From contig CAZJNH010000002.1 of NCBI GenBank assembly GCA_964547425.1, positions 1,028 through 65,027 on the forward strand: a stretch of 64,000 nt of DNA, written 5' to 3'. A program made the translations under genes and the position numbers. Below the pieces are notes generated by a model. It saw only the letters and a list, made by a program, of their open reading frames with translations, did not search any database and was not told where the DNA came from. This DNA is from an uncultured Candidatus Saccharibacteria bacterium (GTDB lineage Bacteria; Patescibacteriota; Saccharimonadia; UBA4664; CAZJNH01). Shown here piece by piece: positions 1 to 9,755 of the stretch; position 1 is the stretch's first letter, and every line of letters begins with the position of its first letter.

Positions 1-130
1 AGCCGCTGAGAATTGCGATCTGTTTGGAGCTGAATTTTCGTTTGGCGCGAAATTGTTTAGCCATCACTTTAAATTTAGGTTAGAGCATAAGCATTAATAC
101 TTCAAGCGTGTTGCCTGTTAAACTAGTGCC

Positions 131-1306
131 ATGCGCAAGGCCACGGTCCGCGACTACAACCTAGCCGGCAAAAAGGTTCTGCTTCGAGTCGATTACAATG
201 TGCCGATCGAAAACGGCCAGGTCAAAGACAGCCTGCGGATCCGGGCATCCTTCGGCACCATCAACTACCTTCTCGACCAAAACTGTTCGATTGTTTTAAT
301 CAGCCACCTCGGCCGCCCGGACGGCAAACCGAACCAGGAATTTAGCTTGGCGCCGGTCGCCGTCGAGGCCGCCAAACTGCTTGGCCATCCGATCAAGTTT
401 ATCCCCGGCACGATCGGTGATCAGGCGAAACAAGCAGCCCAAGATCTGCAGCCGAAAGAAATTATCTTATTAGAAAACCTGCGCTTTGATCCTCGCGAGG
501 AAAAAAACGATCCGGAGTTTGCCAAAGAGCTGGCAAGCCTAGGCGAGGTTTTCGTTGATGACGCCTTCGCTGTGATTCACCGCGCCCACGCCTCGACCGT
601 TGGTGTCACCAAATTCCTGCCGGCGCTCTGTGGGCTGCTGGTCGAAAAAGAGGTCACCACAATCACCGAAGCGTTAGAGAATCCGAAGCGGCCGCTGCTC
701 GCCATGATCGGCGGCGCCAAAATCTCCGACAAAATTGAGTTCTTAGACAGGCTTCTTTCCAAAGTCGACATGATGGTTATCGGCGGCGCGATGGCTAACA
801 CTTTTTTGGCCGCCAAAGGTTCCCCAATCGGCAAAAGTATTTATGAACCGGATCAAGTTGGTGCCGCAAAAAAGATTCTGGAAGAGTCCAAAGTTGATCT
901 GGTCCTGCCTATCGACGTGGTGGTGGCCGACAATCTCCGGCCGCCCAAAAACGTTCGGACTCTGCGATCGGTAGCGGAGGTTAGCGCAAACGACATTATC
1001 GCGGACCTCGGCCCTGAGTCGGTCGAAACCACCTGCCAAAAACTAATGGAGGCTGGCACAGTGATCTGGAACGGCCCGTTCGGATTAACTGAAATTCCCG
1101 AGTTCGCCAAAGCTTCATTAGAGTTAGCCCATTGCCTGGGCGATTCGGAGGCAAAAACCATTATCGGCGGCGGCGACACCGCCGAATTCATCGACGCGGC
1201 CAACTTGCACGACAAATTCGACCTTGTCTCGACCGGCGGCGGCGCGGCGCTCGAACTAATGGCCGGCAAAGAACTCCCCGGCCTCGAAGCCTTGCTAGAT
1301 AAATAA
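131..1306 (+). CDS. pgk: phosphoglycerate kinase
   Basis: RVDYNVP, SHLGRP, LLENLRF, GGAKISDK, WNGPFG, STGGGA motifs. Confidence 0.98.
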   Translation: MRKATVRDYNLAGKKVLLRVDYNVPIENGQVKDSLRIRASFGTINYLLDQNCSIVLISHLGRPDGKPNQEFSLAPVAVEAAKLLGHPIKFIPGTIGDQAKQAAQDLQPKEIILLENLRFDPREEKNDPEFAKELASLGEVFVDDAFAVIHRAHASTVGVTKFLPALCGLLVEKEVTTITEALENPKRPLLAMIGGAKISDKIEFLDRLLSKVDMMVIGGAMANTFLAAKGSPIGKSIYEPDQVGAAKKILEESKVDLVLPIDVVVADNLRPPKNVRTLRSVAEVSANDIIADLGPESVETTCQKLMEAGTVIWNGPFGLTEIPEFAKASLELAHCLGDSEAKTIIGGGDTAEFIDAANLHDKFDLVSTGGGAALELMAGKELPGLEALLDK

Positions 1307-1331
1307 GCATAAAAGCTTTAGAATTATTTTT

Positions 1332-2099
1332 ATGGTAGAGAAAACGATCGTTGGAAACTGGAAAATGCACTTATCGCCCGCCGAAGCCGGGTTATTGGCT
1401 GGACGGCTAAACCAAAAAATCGATCACGACCCCAAGGTGGAAATCGTGTTGTGCCCGCCGTTTGTTGATTTATTGACGGTCCAAAAAGACATGGACTCCA
1501 AGAAGTTTAAACTCGGCTGCCAAAACATTCACTACCGCGACGAGGGCCCGTTTACCGGTGAAATCTCCGCCGCCATGGTTAAAGGCCTGGCGGACTACGC
1601 GATAGTAGGCCACTCCGAACGCCGGGCGATGGGGGAGGACGACAAAACGATCGCCGAGAAACTGGCGGCCGCTGTCCGTAGCGGCATCGTCCCTATCCTC
1701 TGTGTCGGCGAAAACCTTGGCGACCGCCATCACGGCCTGACCAAAAAAGTGGTCATGGACCAACTTGAAGCTAATCTCGCGATGCTAACGGCTGAGGACC
1801 TTCACGACTTCGTGATTGCCTACGAACCGGTCTGGGCGATCGGCACCGGCGACTTTGCTCAGCCGGACGATGTCATCCAGGTCGTTTTATGGATACGCCA
1901 CACCATCGAAGAGCTCTACGGTGAAGAGGCCAGTTCTCGCGTCAGGATCCTATACGGCGGCAGCGTCGATGCCGACAACGCCAAAGCCTACTTGAACGTC
2001 GACTACGTTGATGGATTATTGGTCGGCGGCGCCAGCATCAATTACGAAAGTTTCGCGTCGATTGTTAAAACTGCCCAGGAGATAGCCAATGAATCCTGA
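1332..2099 (+). CDS. tpiA: triosephosphate isomerase
   Basis: GNWKM, GHSERR, AYEPVWAIGTG, LYGGSV, LVGGAS. Confidence 0.98.
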   Translation: MVEKTIVGNWKMHLSPAEAGLLAGRLNQKIDHDPKVEIVLCPPFVDLLTVQKDMDSKKFKLGCQNIHYRDEGPFTGEISAAMVKGLADYAIVGHSERRAMGEDDKTIAEKLAAAVRSGIVPILCVGENLGDRHHGLTKKVVMDQLEANLAMLTAEDLHDFVIAYEPVWAIGTGDFAQPDDVIQVVLWIRHTIEELYGEEASSRVRILYGGSVDADNAKAYLNVDYVDGLLVGGASINYESFASIVKTAQEIANES

Positions 2100-3054
2100 A
2101 CAACCAGCACCCCAAACACCAGAACCAACTCCAAACCCAGTCCCAACCCCAGCCTCGACTCCTCCTCAATCGCCGCAAACTCCTCCCACCCTCACTCCGA
2201 GTCAGGTCCCCTCATCCGGCGGTAAACTAAAATGGATAATCTTGGCTGTCGTGGTCGTTATTTTGGCGGTCGGCGCTTATGTTTACTTCCAAATCCTGCC
2301 AAGCCGCTACGCTAAGGCTTATAGCGACAGCATGGCTACTCCGTCGGCAAACTTAAAAAGCGCCATAAATAAAGCGGCCGATTCCTATAGTCGGCCGGTA
2401 TTCACCACGATGACCACCCCGGATGACCAGAAAGCAGCTACCAAGCAGTATGCCAAGGATAAAGCCGATCTGAAGTATGCCAGCGATTCCATTGGCACTA
2501 CCGCGACTGCCTTAACCGTGTTCAATAATTCTGCCGCCAAAATAACGATTTTACCGGGCACCGGTTGGACCAAGCCTGTGCGTGACGCCAAGTCCAAGCA
2601 ACAAGGTTTTAAAGATTACGGTGCCAAAGCCGGCCAGTTCGTAAATGACTATCGTGTTTTGGAGGTTTATGTGGCGCAGTTCGTTGACTCCTTGTACAAA
2701 ATCGGAACCTTGGCCGACGCTACCATTAATGGCCCAGCCGCCGCTACATCCGAGGCGGGCGCAAAGCGTTTGGACAGCGTCGCCGCTGAGATAGACAATT
2801 TTACCGCTACGCTACAAAAGGGCACCACACCTAGCTATCTGAGCGATTTTAATAAGAGGGTATTAAAGGATTTCGATCAACTGGCAACAGCCTTTCGCGA
2901 TATGGCAGCAGGTGCGCGTAATGAAGACCCCAGTAAACTCTTTGGCGGATTTTTTGAACTTGGTCCGCCATCCGTAGATCTGGGTAAACTAGATTTTCCA
3001 AAAATTCTTAAAACCAAGTCTCCGATCCCAGCCGAGATTAAGACCCTGCAATGA
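2089..3054 (+). CDS. membrane-anchored hypothetical protein (Pro-rich N-terminus, single TM, helical ectodomain)
   Basis: Pro/Thr-rich start, TM WIILAVVVVILAVGAYVYF; paralogous to next gene (YF.ILP..YAKAY, ILP.TGW.K.V.DA). Confidence 0.75.
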   Translation: MNPEQPAPQTPEPTPNPVPTPASTPPQSPQTPPTLTPSQVPSSGGKLKWIILAVVVVILAVGAYVYFQILPSRYAKAYSDSMATPSANLKSAINKAADSYSRPVFTTMTTPDDQKAATKQYAKDKADLKYASDSIGTTATALTVFNNSAAKITILPGTGWTKPVRDAKSKQQGFKDYGAKAGQFVNDYRVLEVYVAQFVDSLYKIGTLADATINGPAAATSEAGAKRLDSVAAEIDNFTATLQKGTTPSYLSDFNKRVLKDFDQLATAFRDMAAGARNEDPSKLFGGFFELGPPSVDLGKLDFPKILKTKSPIPAEIKTLQ

Positions 3055-4139
3055 CGTGTCCTAACTGCGGCCACGAGTTAACTTCGACCAATCATGGTTT
3101 GGCATGCCTGAACTGCGGATATACCGGGCCGACACAGCCTGCTAACGCTGTTGCTCAAGCTGCTCCTCAGCAACCGGCTGCCCCGACTCCATCTCTCGCG
3201 ACACCGCCAACTCCTGTACCACCGCCGATCGTCCCGCCCGCACCAGTCCAGGCCGCTCCCTCGCCACCCAGTCCAGCAGTTCCTCCGACGCCCGGGCGCC
3301 GGCCGCTGATGGCTCGTCTCAAAAAGTTGCTCATCCCCGGAATTGCCTTGCTGGTACTTTTGACCGCGGCCGGCATAGTCTACTTCAAGATTCTGCCCGA
3401 CAACTACGCCAAAGCTTACGCCGCGACGATGAAAGATCCGGCGGCCCATCTTCACACCACGATCGACAAGGCCATCGGCTCTTTTGGCCGGCCAGCCTTT
3501 GCCAAAAGCGATACCACTACCAAAAATGACAAAGCCGACGTCGCCTACGCCCAAGATTCGATTAACTCAGCCAAAAAAGCCTACGCAACGTATGGCACCG
3601 CGGCAACGAGCTTGCGGATCCTGCCACTGACCGGATGGAGTAAATCGGTTAAGGATGCGGTGGACAACCGGAAGGACTACCTGGATTACGGTACCTCCGT
3701 CAAAAAGTTCTTGAGCGATTATCAGCAGCTGGTGACTTACGCCTCAAAGGTCAACGCAATTGGCGCTACGATTGAAGCTAAGTTCAACGAACTGGACAAA
3801 CTGTCCAGCGCCGATCCTGGTGGGACCTTAACAAAAATGGCCGACGAAATGGATAGCGTTGGCACCGATTTCCGGGCGATCACTCCGCCGACCTACCTTC
3901 AGAATTACCATAACGAACTGCTGGCCGAGGTCGATAATCTGGCCATTTATCTACGCGCCATCGCCAAAGCATACAAAGATCACAGTTTGACCGAATTCAA
4001 CGCGGCGTCCAAAAAGCTCTATGATCTTAGCAATGAAGGCGACGCTACCGACAAGAAATTTATCGACTCGATCCAAAATAATTCGGTGATCAAGCACGAC
4101 ATCGATGACCTCAAAGGCAGTTCGATAATCACGATTTAG
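3051..4139 (+). CDS. membrane-anchored hypothetical protein with N-terminal zinc ribbon; paralog of 2089..3054
   Basis: CPNC..CLNC, Pro-rich linker, single TM, shared motifs with upstream gene; ATGA overlap. Confidence 0.75.
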   Translation: MTCPNCGHELTSTNHGLACLNCGYTGPTQPANAVAQAAPQQPAAPTPSLATPPTPVPPPIVPPAPVQAAPSPPSPAVPPTPGRRPLMARLKKLLIPGIALLVLLTAAGIVYFKILPDNYAKAYAATMKDPAAHLHTTIDKAIGSFGRPAFAKSDTTTKNDKADVAYAQDSINSAKKAYATYGTAATSLRILPLTGWSKSVKDAVDNRKDYLDYGTSVKKFLSDYQQLVTYASKVNAIGATIEAKFNELDKLSSADPGGTLTKMADEMDSVGTDFRAITPPTYLQNYHNELLAEVDNLAIYLRAIAKAYKDHSLTEFNAASKKLYDLSNEGDATDKKFIDSIQNNSVIKHDIDDLKGSSIITI

Positions 4140-4212
4140 GTTTTGGGAGTTTAGCCAAAGCCTCCGCTAGCGAACTAGGCTACCCTCAAGCAAGTAAGCA
4201 GGAGTTAGATCG

Positions 4213-4575
4213 ATGTTAAATTTCAATAGCGTAATGTTAGGCAGCGAAGACCCTAAAAAGCTGGTGGAGTTTTATACAAAAGTTTTAGGCGATCCGAAGA
4301 TGGACGAAAACAACTACACGGGCTGGCTGGTTGGCAGCGGCTTCTTGAGCGTTGGCCCCCACGACAAAGTCAAAGGTAAATCCAAGGAACCGGAGAGGAT
4401 TATCATTTTCTTCGAAACCAAAGAGGTCAAAGAGGAGTTCGGCCGTATCAAAGAGTTAGGCGCCAAAGTTATCGCCGAGCCCTACAAACCGGACCCAAAC
4501 GGCGAGTTCTGGTTGGCGACATTGGCCGATCCCGACGGCAACTTTTTCCAGCTGGCTTCTCCCTGGGACTCTTAA
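4213..4575 (+). CDS. VOC/glyoxalase family protein
   Basis: FYTKVLG near N-terminus and C-terminal DPDGNFFQL; SD AGGAG upstream. Confidence 0.85.
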   Translation: MLNFNSVMLGSEDPKKLVEFYTKVLGDPKMDENNYTGWLVGSGFLSVGPHDKVKGKSKEPERIIIFFETKEVKEEFGRIKELGAKVIAEPYKPDPNGEFWLATLADPDGNFFQLASPWDS

Positions 4576-4597
4576 TCTTTAGCAAGTTCTAAGAACA

Positions 4598-4692
4598 AAA
4601 CTCTAAGTGCTGAGTAAGATTCAAGATCAAAGGTTAAAGTTTAATCTTGTAACTTTAGTCTTACTTAGGGTTTAGGACTTAGAGTTTAGTCC
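4598..4692. repeat. AT-rich imperfect long hairpin with 7-nt periodic TTAG repeats
   Basis: aaactctaagt (4598-4608) / acttagagttt (4677-4687); tgagtaagat / gtcttactta; ttagggt-ttaggac-ttagagt-ttagtcc. Confidence 0.55.
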
Positions 4693-4707
4693 TTCTATAA
4701 TGTTGAG

Positions 4708-6804
4708 GTGAGAGATTTACTCGACGGCTTAAATGAGCCGCAAAAGCTGGCGGTTTTAACGACCGAAGGGCCGGTTTTAATATTGGCCGGCGCTGGCAGC
4801 GGTAAAACCAAAGCCCTGACCCATCGGGTCGCGTACTTGGTGGCAGAGGGCAAAGCCCAGCCCGACAATATTTTGGCGGTTACCTTTACCAACAAGGCCG
4901 CCGGCGAAATGCGCGAGCGGGTGATGAAGCTGCTCGACCGCCATGCCAGCCGATATTTCTTTCCTTATATGGGCACCTTCCACGCTATTTGCGTCCGGAT
5001 GCTCCGCCGACATGCCGAACTGGTCGGCCTCTCGCCGAGCTTTATTATCTTTGACCAATCCGACAGTTTGGCCGCGATCCGCAAAGCCTCGAAGCAGTTA
5101 GGAATTAACGAAAAAGTTTACGCACCGGGTTTACTGCAAAGCATTATCTCTTCCGCCAAAAACCAGCTGGTGACCCATGGCGATTACAGCCGGCTGGCTC
5201 AAGGGCCGACTCAAACCACGGCGGCCAAGGTTTATCCGCTCTACCACCGGCTGCTGCGTGAAGCCGACGCGCTGGATTTTGACGATTTAATTATGGAGGC
5301 GGTGAGGTTGTTGCAGCACCACCCGGAGGTGTTGGAGCACTGGCAAAAACAGTTCAAATACATTTTGATCGACGAGTATCAGGACACCAACCACGCCCAG
5401 TACCGCTTCACGAAACTTCTAGCCCAGTCGCACCGCAACATCTGCGTGGTCGGTGACGACTGGCAGAGCATTTACTCCTGGCGCGGCGCCGATTTTCGTA
5501 ACATCCTGGATTTTCAAAAAGATTATCCCGATGCCGTAATCATCAAACTTGAACAAAATTATCGCTCAACCAAAAACATCCTCGACGCCGCGCATAGCGT
5601 GATCAGCAAAAACCGGTCGCGCAGCGACAAAAAGCTGTGGACCGAGCAGACCATCGGCGCCCGCGTTGAGGTTCACGAAGTTTACAGCGAAATTCAAGAG
5701 GCTGAATTAATCACCGAGCTGGTCAAACGGGGCATCGCACGCGGCCAAACGCCCCGCGATTTTGCGGTGCTTTACCGGGTTAGCGCGCAGTCAAGGGCGC
5801 TGGAAGAGGCTTTTTTGCGGATCGGTCTGCCATACCGCATCGTCGGCGGCGTCAGGTTTTACGAACGCAAAGAAATTAAAGACACCCTGGCCTATTTGCG
5901 ATTGGCGTACCGGCCTGAGGATATGCTCTCTTTTGAAAGGATTGTGAATGTGCCGGCCCGCGGCCTTGGGGATGTCAGTTTGGGCCGGTTTCAAAGCTTC
6001 AAGCAAAAAGCGGAATTGTCTCTCCTGGCCGCCCTCAGCCGCGCCGACGAAATTGAAGGATTAAGTACCAAAGCCGCCAACAATTTGAAGCAGCTGGGGG
6101 TCCTATTAAATGAACTGGCGAACCGCTCAACGGAGCTGAAGGTCTCCGAACTGCTCGAGCTGATTATCAAAAAAAGCGGTTTTTTGGAGTGGCTAGATGA
6201 CGGCAGTTTACTCGCCGAGGCGAGAATCGAGAATGTTAAAGAGTTGTTGAGTGTGGCCGGTGATTATGACGGCGATTTGGAAGGCTTTTTGCAGGACGTG
6301 GCGTTGATGAGTGAACTCGACGATTACTCGCCGGCCGCCGACGCGGTCACATTGATGACGATGCACGCCGCCAAAGGCTTAGAATTTCCGGTGGTGATTA
6401 TGCCGGGATTGGAAGAGGGAGTGTTCCCGCACGGCCGGGCGCAGGAGGATGCCGAAGAGTTAGAGGAAGAGCGGCGGCTGTGTTACGTCGGCATGACCCG
6501 GGCCAAGCAGCAACTGCATTTAACCTACGCCCGTAAGCGGCTGCTGTATGGCCAAACGATGCACAATCCGCCGTCGCGCTTTTTGCTCGACATTCAACAA
6601 GCCGCAAGCGACCAGCCCACCACAGCGGCTGTTGACGCAAACTTTAAAGCCGTCGAGCTCAAAGACGGTGACCGCGTAAAGCATCCAAAATTTGGGGAGG
6701 GGATCGTTGTTAGTACCAAAGACGATACCGTCACCGCCGCGTTCGCCGGAGTGGGCACAAAGACCCTACTTTTGAGTCTCGCCCCACTTGAAAAGCTTGA
6801 GTAG
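4708..6804 (+). CDS. pcrA: ATP-dependent DNA helicase PcrA/UvrD
   Basis: AGAGSGKT, TFTNKAA, IDEYQDTN, VGDDWQSIY, LEQNYRS, HAAKGLEF, EERRLCYVGMTRA, C-terminal HPKFGEG domain. Confidence 0.96.
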   Translation: MRDLLDGLNEPQKLAVLTTEGPVLILAGAGSGKTKALTHRVAYLVAEGKAQPDNILAVTFTNKAAGEMRERVMKLLDRHASRYFFPYMGTFHAICVRMLRRHAELVGLSPSFIIFDQSDSLAAIRKASKQLGINEKVYAPGLLQSIISSAKNQLVTHGDYSRLAQGPTQTTAAKVYPLYHRLLREADALDFDDLIMEAVRLLQHHPEVLEHWQKQFKYILIDEYQDTNHAQYRFTKLLAQSHRNICVVGDDWQSIYSWRGADFRNILDFQKDYPDAVIIKLEQNYRSTKNILDAAHSVISKNRSRSDKKLWTEQTIGARVEVHEVYSEIQEAELITELVKRGIARGQTPRDFAVLYRVSAQSRALEEAFLRIGLPYRIVGGVRFYERKEIKDTLAYLRLAYRPEDMLSFERIVNVPARGLGDVSLGRFQSFKQKAELSLLAALSRADEIEGLSTKAANNLKQLGVLLNELANRSTELKVSELLELIIKKSGFLEWLDDGSLLAEARIENVKELLSVAGDYDGDLEGFLQDVALMSELDDYSPAADAVTLMTMHAAKGLEFPVVIMPGLEEGVFPHGRAQEDAEELEEERRLCYVGMTRAKQQLHLTYARKRLLYGQTMHNPPSRFLLDIQQAASDQPTTAAVDANFKAVELKDGDRVKHPKFGEGIVVSTKDDTVTAAFAGVGTKTLLLSLAPLEKLE

Positions 6805-6944
6805 TTTGGTAGTATAAACACTACCACTTTGAGTACATTTAGTACTCGCTGTATCTGTGAGGTGGTGTAAACAAAAACTGCTCGAAACAAACGCTCCGCT
6901 GTTAATCAAAGAGGGCTTACATTTTAAGCAGCATTAAGCGCCGA

Positions 6945-8030
6945 TTGGTGCTCGTGGCGATTCTAACCTTCACTCTTGCCACGTACGGACTAGGAACTGG
7001 AAAAATCCCGATTACCCGAACCGCTTTGGCCGACGCCCAGCGGGTAGTTAGCTTGTACGTCGACGGCCAAAAGCGAATCATCCCGACCGATGCCCAAACC
7101 GTCGGCGACCTATTAAACCGCAGCCACGTTACCTTAGGACCCGGCGACATCGTCGAACCGGATATTTCAACGCCAATTCCTGAAGGCGCGTTTTACGTCA
7201 ACGTCTACCGTTCTCGGCCGGTGGTGGTAATTGATGGGTCACAAGTAACCCGCGGCTACAGCGCTTACCAAAATCCGAAGCTGATCCTCGGGCAGTTAGG
7301 TATTCAAATTTACCCTGAAGATTTGTTGGCCGTTGCTCCAGTGAACGACTTTGTGAACACCGGCGTCGTCGGTCAGCAGCTGACGATCACCCGCGCCAAG
7401 TTAATTAGGGTCGAAGATTTTGATGGCAACACTAAACAGTTGCGGACGCAAGCCGCCACCGTGGGAGATGTGTTGGCCGGGCTAAACATTAAATTACGGC
7501 CCGGCGATCGAGTTTCGCCTAAGCAGTCCGCTCTGGTTGTTTCTGGAAGCACCATCACTTTATCCAGAGTTAACCAAGAATTAGTCAAGGTTGAAGAGGT
7601 GATTCCTCACGGCGAAGAAGCTATTCGCGACCCGAAGCTTGAGGTGCCGTCTACGGCGGTCGAGCAGGCCGGCAGTGATGGCCAAAAAGTCACCACTTAC
7701 AGGGTGGTTTACCGAAATGGCCAAATTGTCTCCAAAACCCCGATCAAAAGCGAGGTCACGGTCCAGCCGAAACCGCGGATTGTGGCTAAGGGTAGCCTGG
7801 TCACGGCCAACACATGGCTAAAACTGCGAATGTGCGAGTCGAGCAATAATTACGCCGACAAGTACAACCCGAATTACCGCGGCGCTTACCAGTTCTCCTT
7901 TAGCACCTGGGCTTCAGTCGGCGGTTCCGGCGACCCGGCAAATGCTTCACCCAGCGAACAGGACTCCCGTGCCCAAATGCTCTACAACCTCCGTGGTTGG
8001 TCGCCCTGGGTCTGCGCTAACGGCTGGTAG
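6945..8030 (+). CDS. RpfB-like resuscitation-promoting factor (DUF348 repeats, G5, lysozyme-like Rpf domain); may start at in-frame ATT 6921
   Basis: T.A.TVGD.L repeats, G5-like VEQAGSDG, Rpf core CESSNNY..YRGAYQF..STW..GWSPW; adjacent to rsmA. Confidence 0.88.
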   Translation: MVLVAILTFTLATYGLGTGKIPITRTALADAQRVVSLYVDGQKRIIPTDAQTVGDLLNRSHVTLGPGDIVEPDISTPIPEGAFYVNVYRSRPVVVIDGSQVTRGYSAYQNPKLILGQLGIQIYPEDLLAVAPVNDFVNTGVVGQQLTITRAKLIRVEDFDGNTKQLRTQAATVGDVLAGLNIKLRPGDRVSPKQSALVVSGSTITLSRVNQELVKVEEVIPHGEEAIRDPKLEVPSTAVEQAGSDGQKVTTYRVVYRNGQIVSKTPIKSEVTVQPKPRIVAKGSLVTANTWLKLRMCESSNNYADKYNPNYRGAYQFSFSTWASVGGSGDPANASPSEQDSRAQMLYNLRGWSPWVCANGW

Positions 8031-8050
8031 TGTCAGCTACAATATAAGAT

Positions 8051-8881
8051 ATGGATTTGACGAAGCTGGATGATTTGCGGTTGGCGATGAAGCTAGCCGG
8101 CATTAAACCGCGGCACGAGTTGGGGCAAAATTTTTTGATCGATGCTGATACGTTGCGCCAAATCGTTGATGCCGGCAGCCTCGAGCCGACCGACACGGTA
8201 CTTGAGATTGGGCCGGGTTTGGGTACGATGACCGGACTTCTTGCCGCCCAGTCCGCCCAAGTTGTGGCGGTTGAGTCCGACCAGAAGCTGGCCGAATTAC
8301 TGCGTAAATCTGCGCCAGCGAACGTTGAGGTCGTACCCGCCGACATCCTGCGCTACAACCTCAGCCAGCTCCCGTCCGGCTACAAAGTGGTGGCCAATAT
8401 CCCCTACTACCTAACCTCGAAAATTTTGCGTACCTTAACCGAAGCAATCGCCAAACCGGCCGTAATTGTGCTGCTGATCCAAAAAGAAGTCGCCGAGCGG
8501 GTCTGCGCCAAACCGGGGGAACTTTCTATCCTCGGATTGTCGGTCCAGTATTACGCCAAAGCTGAAATTATCGCTGTAGTCGGCCGGGAAAAATTCTGGC
8601 CGGCGCCGGATGTGGATTCGGCTATTCTGCGGATCACGCCGTTTGATAAGCCGGTTTTTGAAGCCGACATCCAAAAGCTGTTTCGGCTGATCAAAGCCGG
8701 TTTTGGCGAAAAACGCAAAATGCTCAAAAACTCTCTGGCCGGCGGGCTCAATGGCGCCGATGAATTGGTCGCGCAGGTGCTAGCCTCCGCGGACGTCGAC
8801 GGCCATCGCCGGGCGCAGGAGCTCTCGCTATCCGACTGGCAAAGGTTGTACAATGAAGCGGTTAAGCATAACCTGATTTGA
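8051..8881 (+). CDS. rsmA: 16S rRNA dimethyladenosine transferase
   Basis: LGQNFL, VLEIGPGLG, VANIPYY, QKEVAER, P.PDVDSA. Confidence 0.97.
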   Translation: MDLTKLDDLRLAMKLAGIKPRHELGQNFLIDADTLRQIVDAGSLEPTDTVLEIGPGLGTMTGLLAAQSAQVVAVESDQKLAELLRKSAPANVEVVPADILRYNLSQLPSGYKVVANIPYYLTSKILRTLTEAIAKPAVIVLLIQKEVAERVCAKPGELSILGLSVQYYAKAEIIAVVGREKFWPAPDVDSAILRITPFDKPVFEADIQKLFRLIKAGFGEKRKMLKNSLAGGLNGADELVAQVLASADVDGHRRAQELSLSDWQRLYNEAVKHNLI

Positions 8882-9723
8882 AGTTTTTACGTTTCCTGGC
8901 CGCGTTCCTCGCCGGCGTCGTTATTACCAACGTTGCCGGTACGTGGGTGTTGGACCATACACTTTTAAGCAGCGATTTCATTATCTCTCGAGCTGCTTCA
9001 GGCAGCTTTTACTCGGAGTTTACCAAAGCTGTACCGCGGCTAATGCACCAAAGCGAAGACGAAAACACCCGTAAAAGCGCCGACATAATCGCGGCGGTGG
9101 TGACCCCCAAATACGTCCAAGCCAAGTTTTCAGACTACGTCTCTCAGCTCGAAAACCACTATCGGAACGAAGGCCCACCGGCCACGATCGATTTGCGTGA
9201 TTTGGTAAAAATCGCTAGCCGCAGTGGCTTTAAACTGCCGCCGGAGGCTGTTAGTAAACCGATTAAACCGGGCGACCCAATCGATCCCAAAAAAGTCCAC
9301 CCGTTGTTCGCCAACCTTAAACTTATCGAATATGGCGGTGCCGGCTTGGCACTGTTGCTCCTTGGATTGGTCGGTCTTTTGGCTGGAGCGGATCGCCGGC
9401 TACGCGCTGTCTCAAAAACCCTTTTACTATCCAGTGTTTTTATTTTGCCGAATGCCCTATTTTTCCAGATTCTGCCGGATATTGCCGATACCGCCTTAAA
9501 GAATAATCAGCAGTTTCAGGCGGTTGAGCCGGTACTTAAAGCATTGGGGGACTCGGTTTTTAAGGCAACGGCCAAGAGTTATCTGATTGCCGCGGGGGTA
9601 GTGGCGGGATTGGCGGTGATTGTTTTCGTGGTTCACTTAATCCTCGGGATCAAAAAACGCCCGCCTAAACGCGGTAAAAAAGACGCCCGCCGCGACGACG
9701 GTGGCTTGATCGTCCAATCCTAG
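8878..9723 (+). CDS. multi-pass membrane hypothetical protein
   Basis: N-terminal TM plus three C-terminal TMs; overlaps rsmA stop. Confidence 0.7.
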   Translation: MKFLRFLAAFLAGVVITNVAGTWVLDHTLLSSDFIISRAASGSFYSEFTKAVPRLMHQSEDENTRKSADIIAAVVTPKYVQAKFSDYVSQLENHYRNEGPPATIDLRDLVKIASRSGFKLPPEAVSKPIKPGDPIDPKKVHPLFANLKLIEYGGAGLALLLLGLVGLLAGADRRLRAVSKTLLLSSVFILPNALFFQILPDIADTALKNNQQFQAVEPVLKALGDSVFKATAKSYLIAAGVVAGLAVIVFVVHLILGIKKRPPKRGKKDARRDDGGLIVQS

Positions 9724-9755
9724 ACCCTGAAACTCGTACCCTGTATCCTGAAGCT

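Noticed and set aside
577-1370. Antisense ORFs over pgk, and similar shadows over other core genes
   Set aside because: Codon-bias shadows of well-supported genes with no motifs of their own
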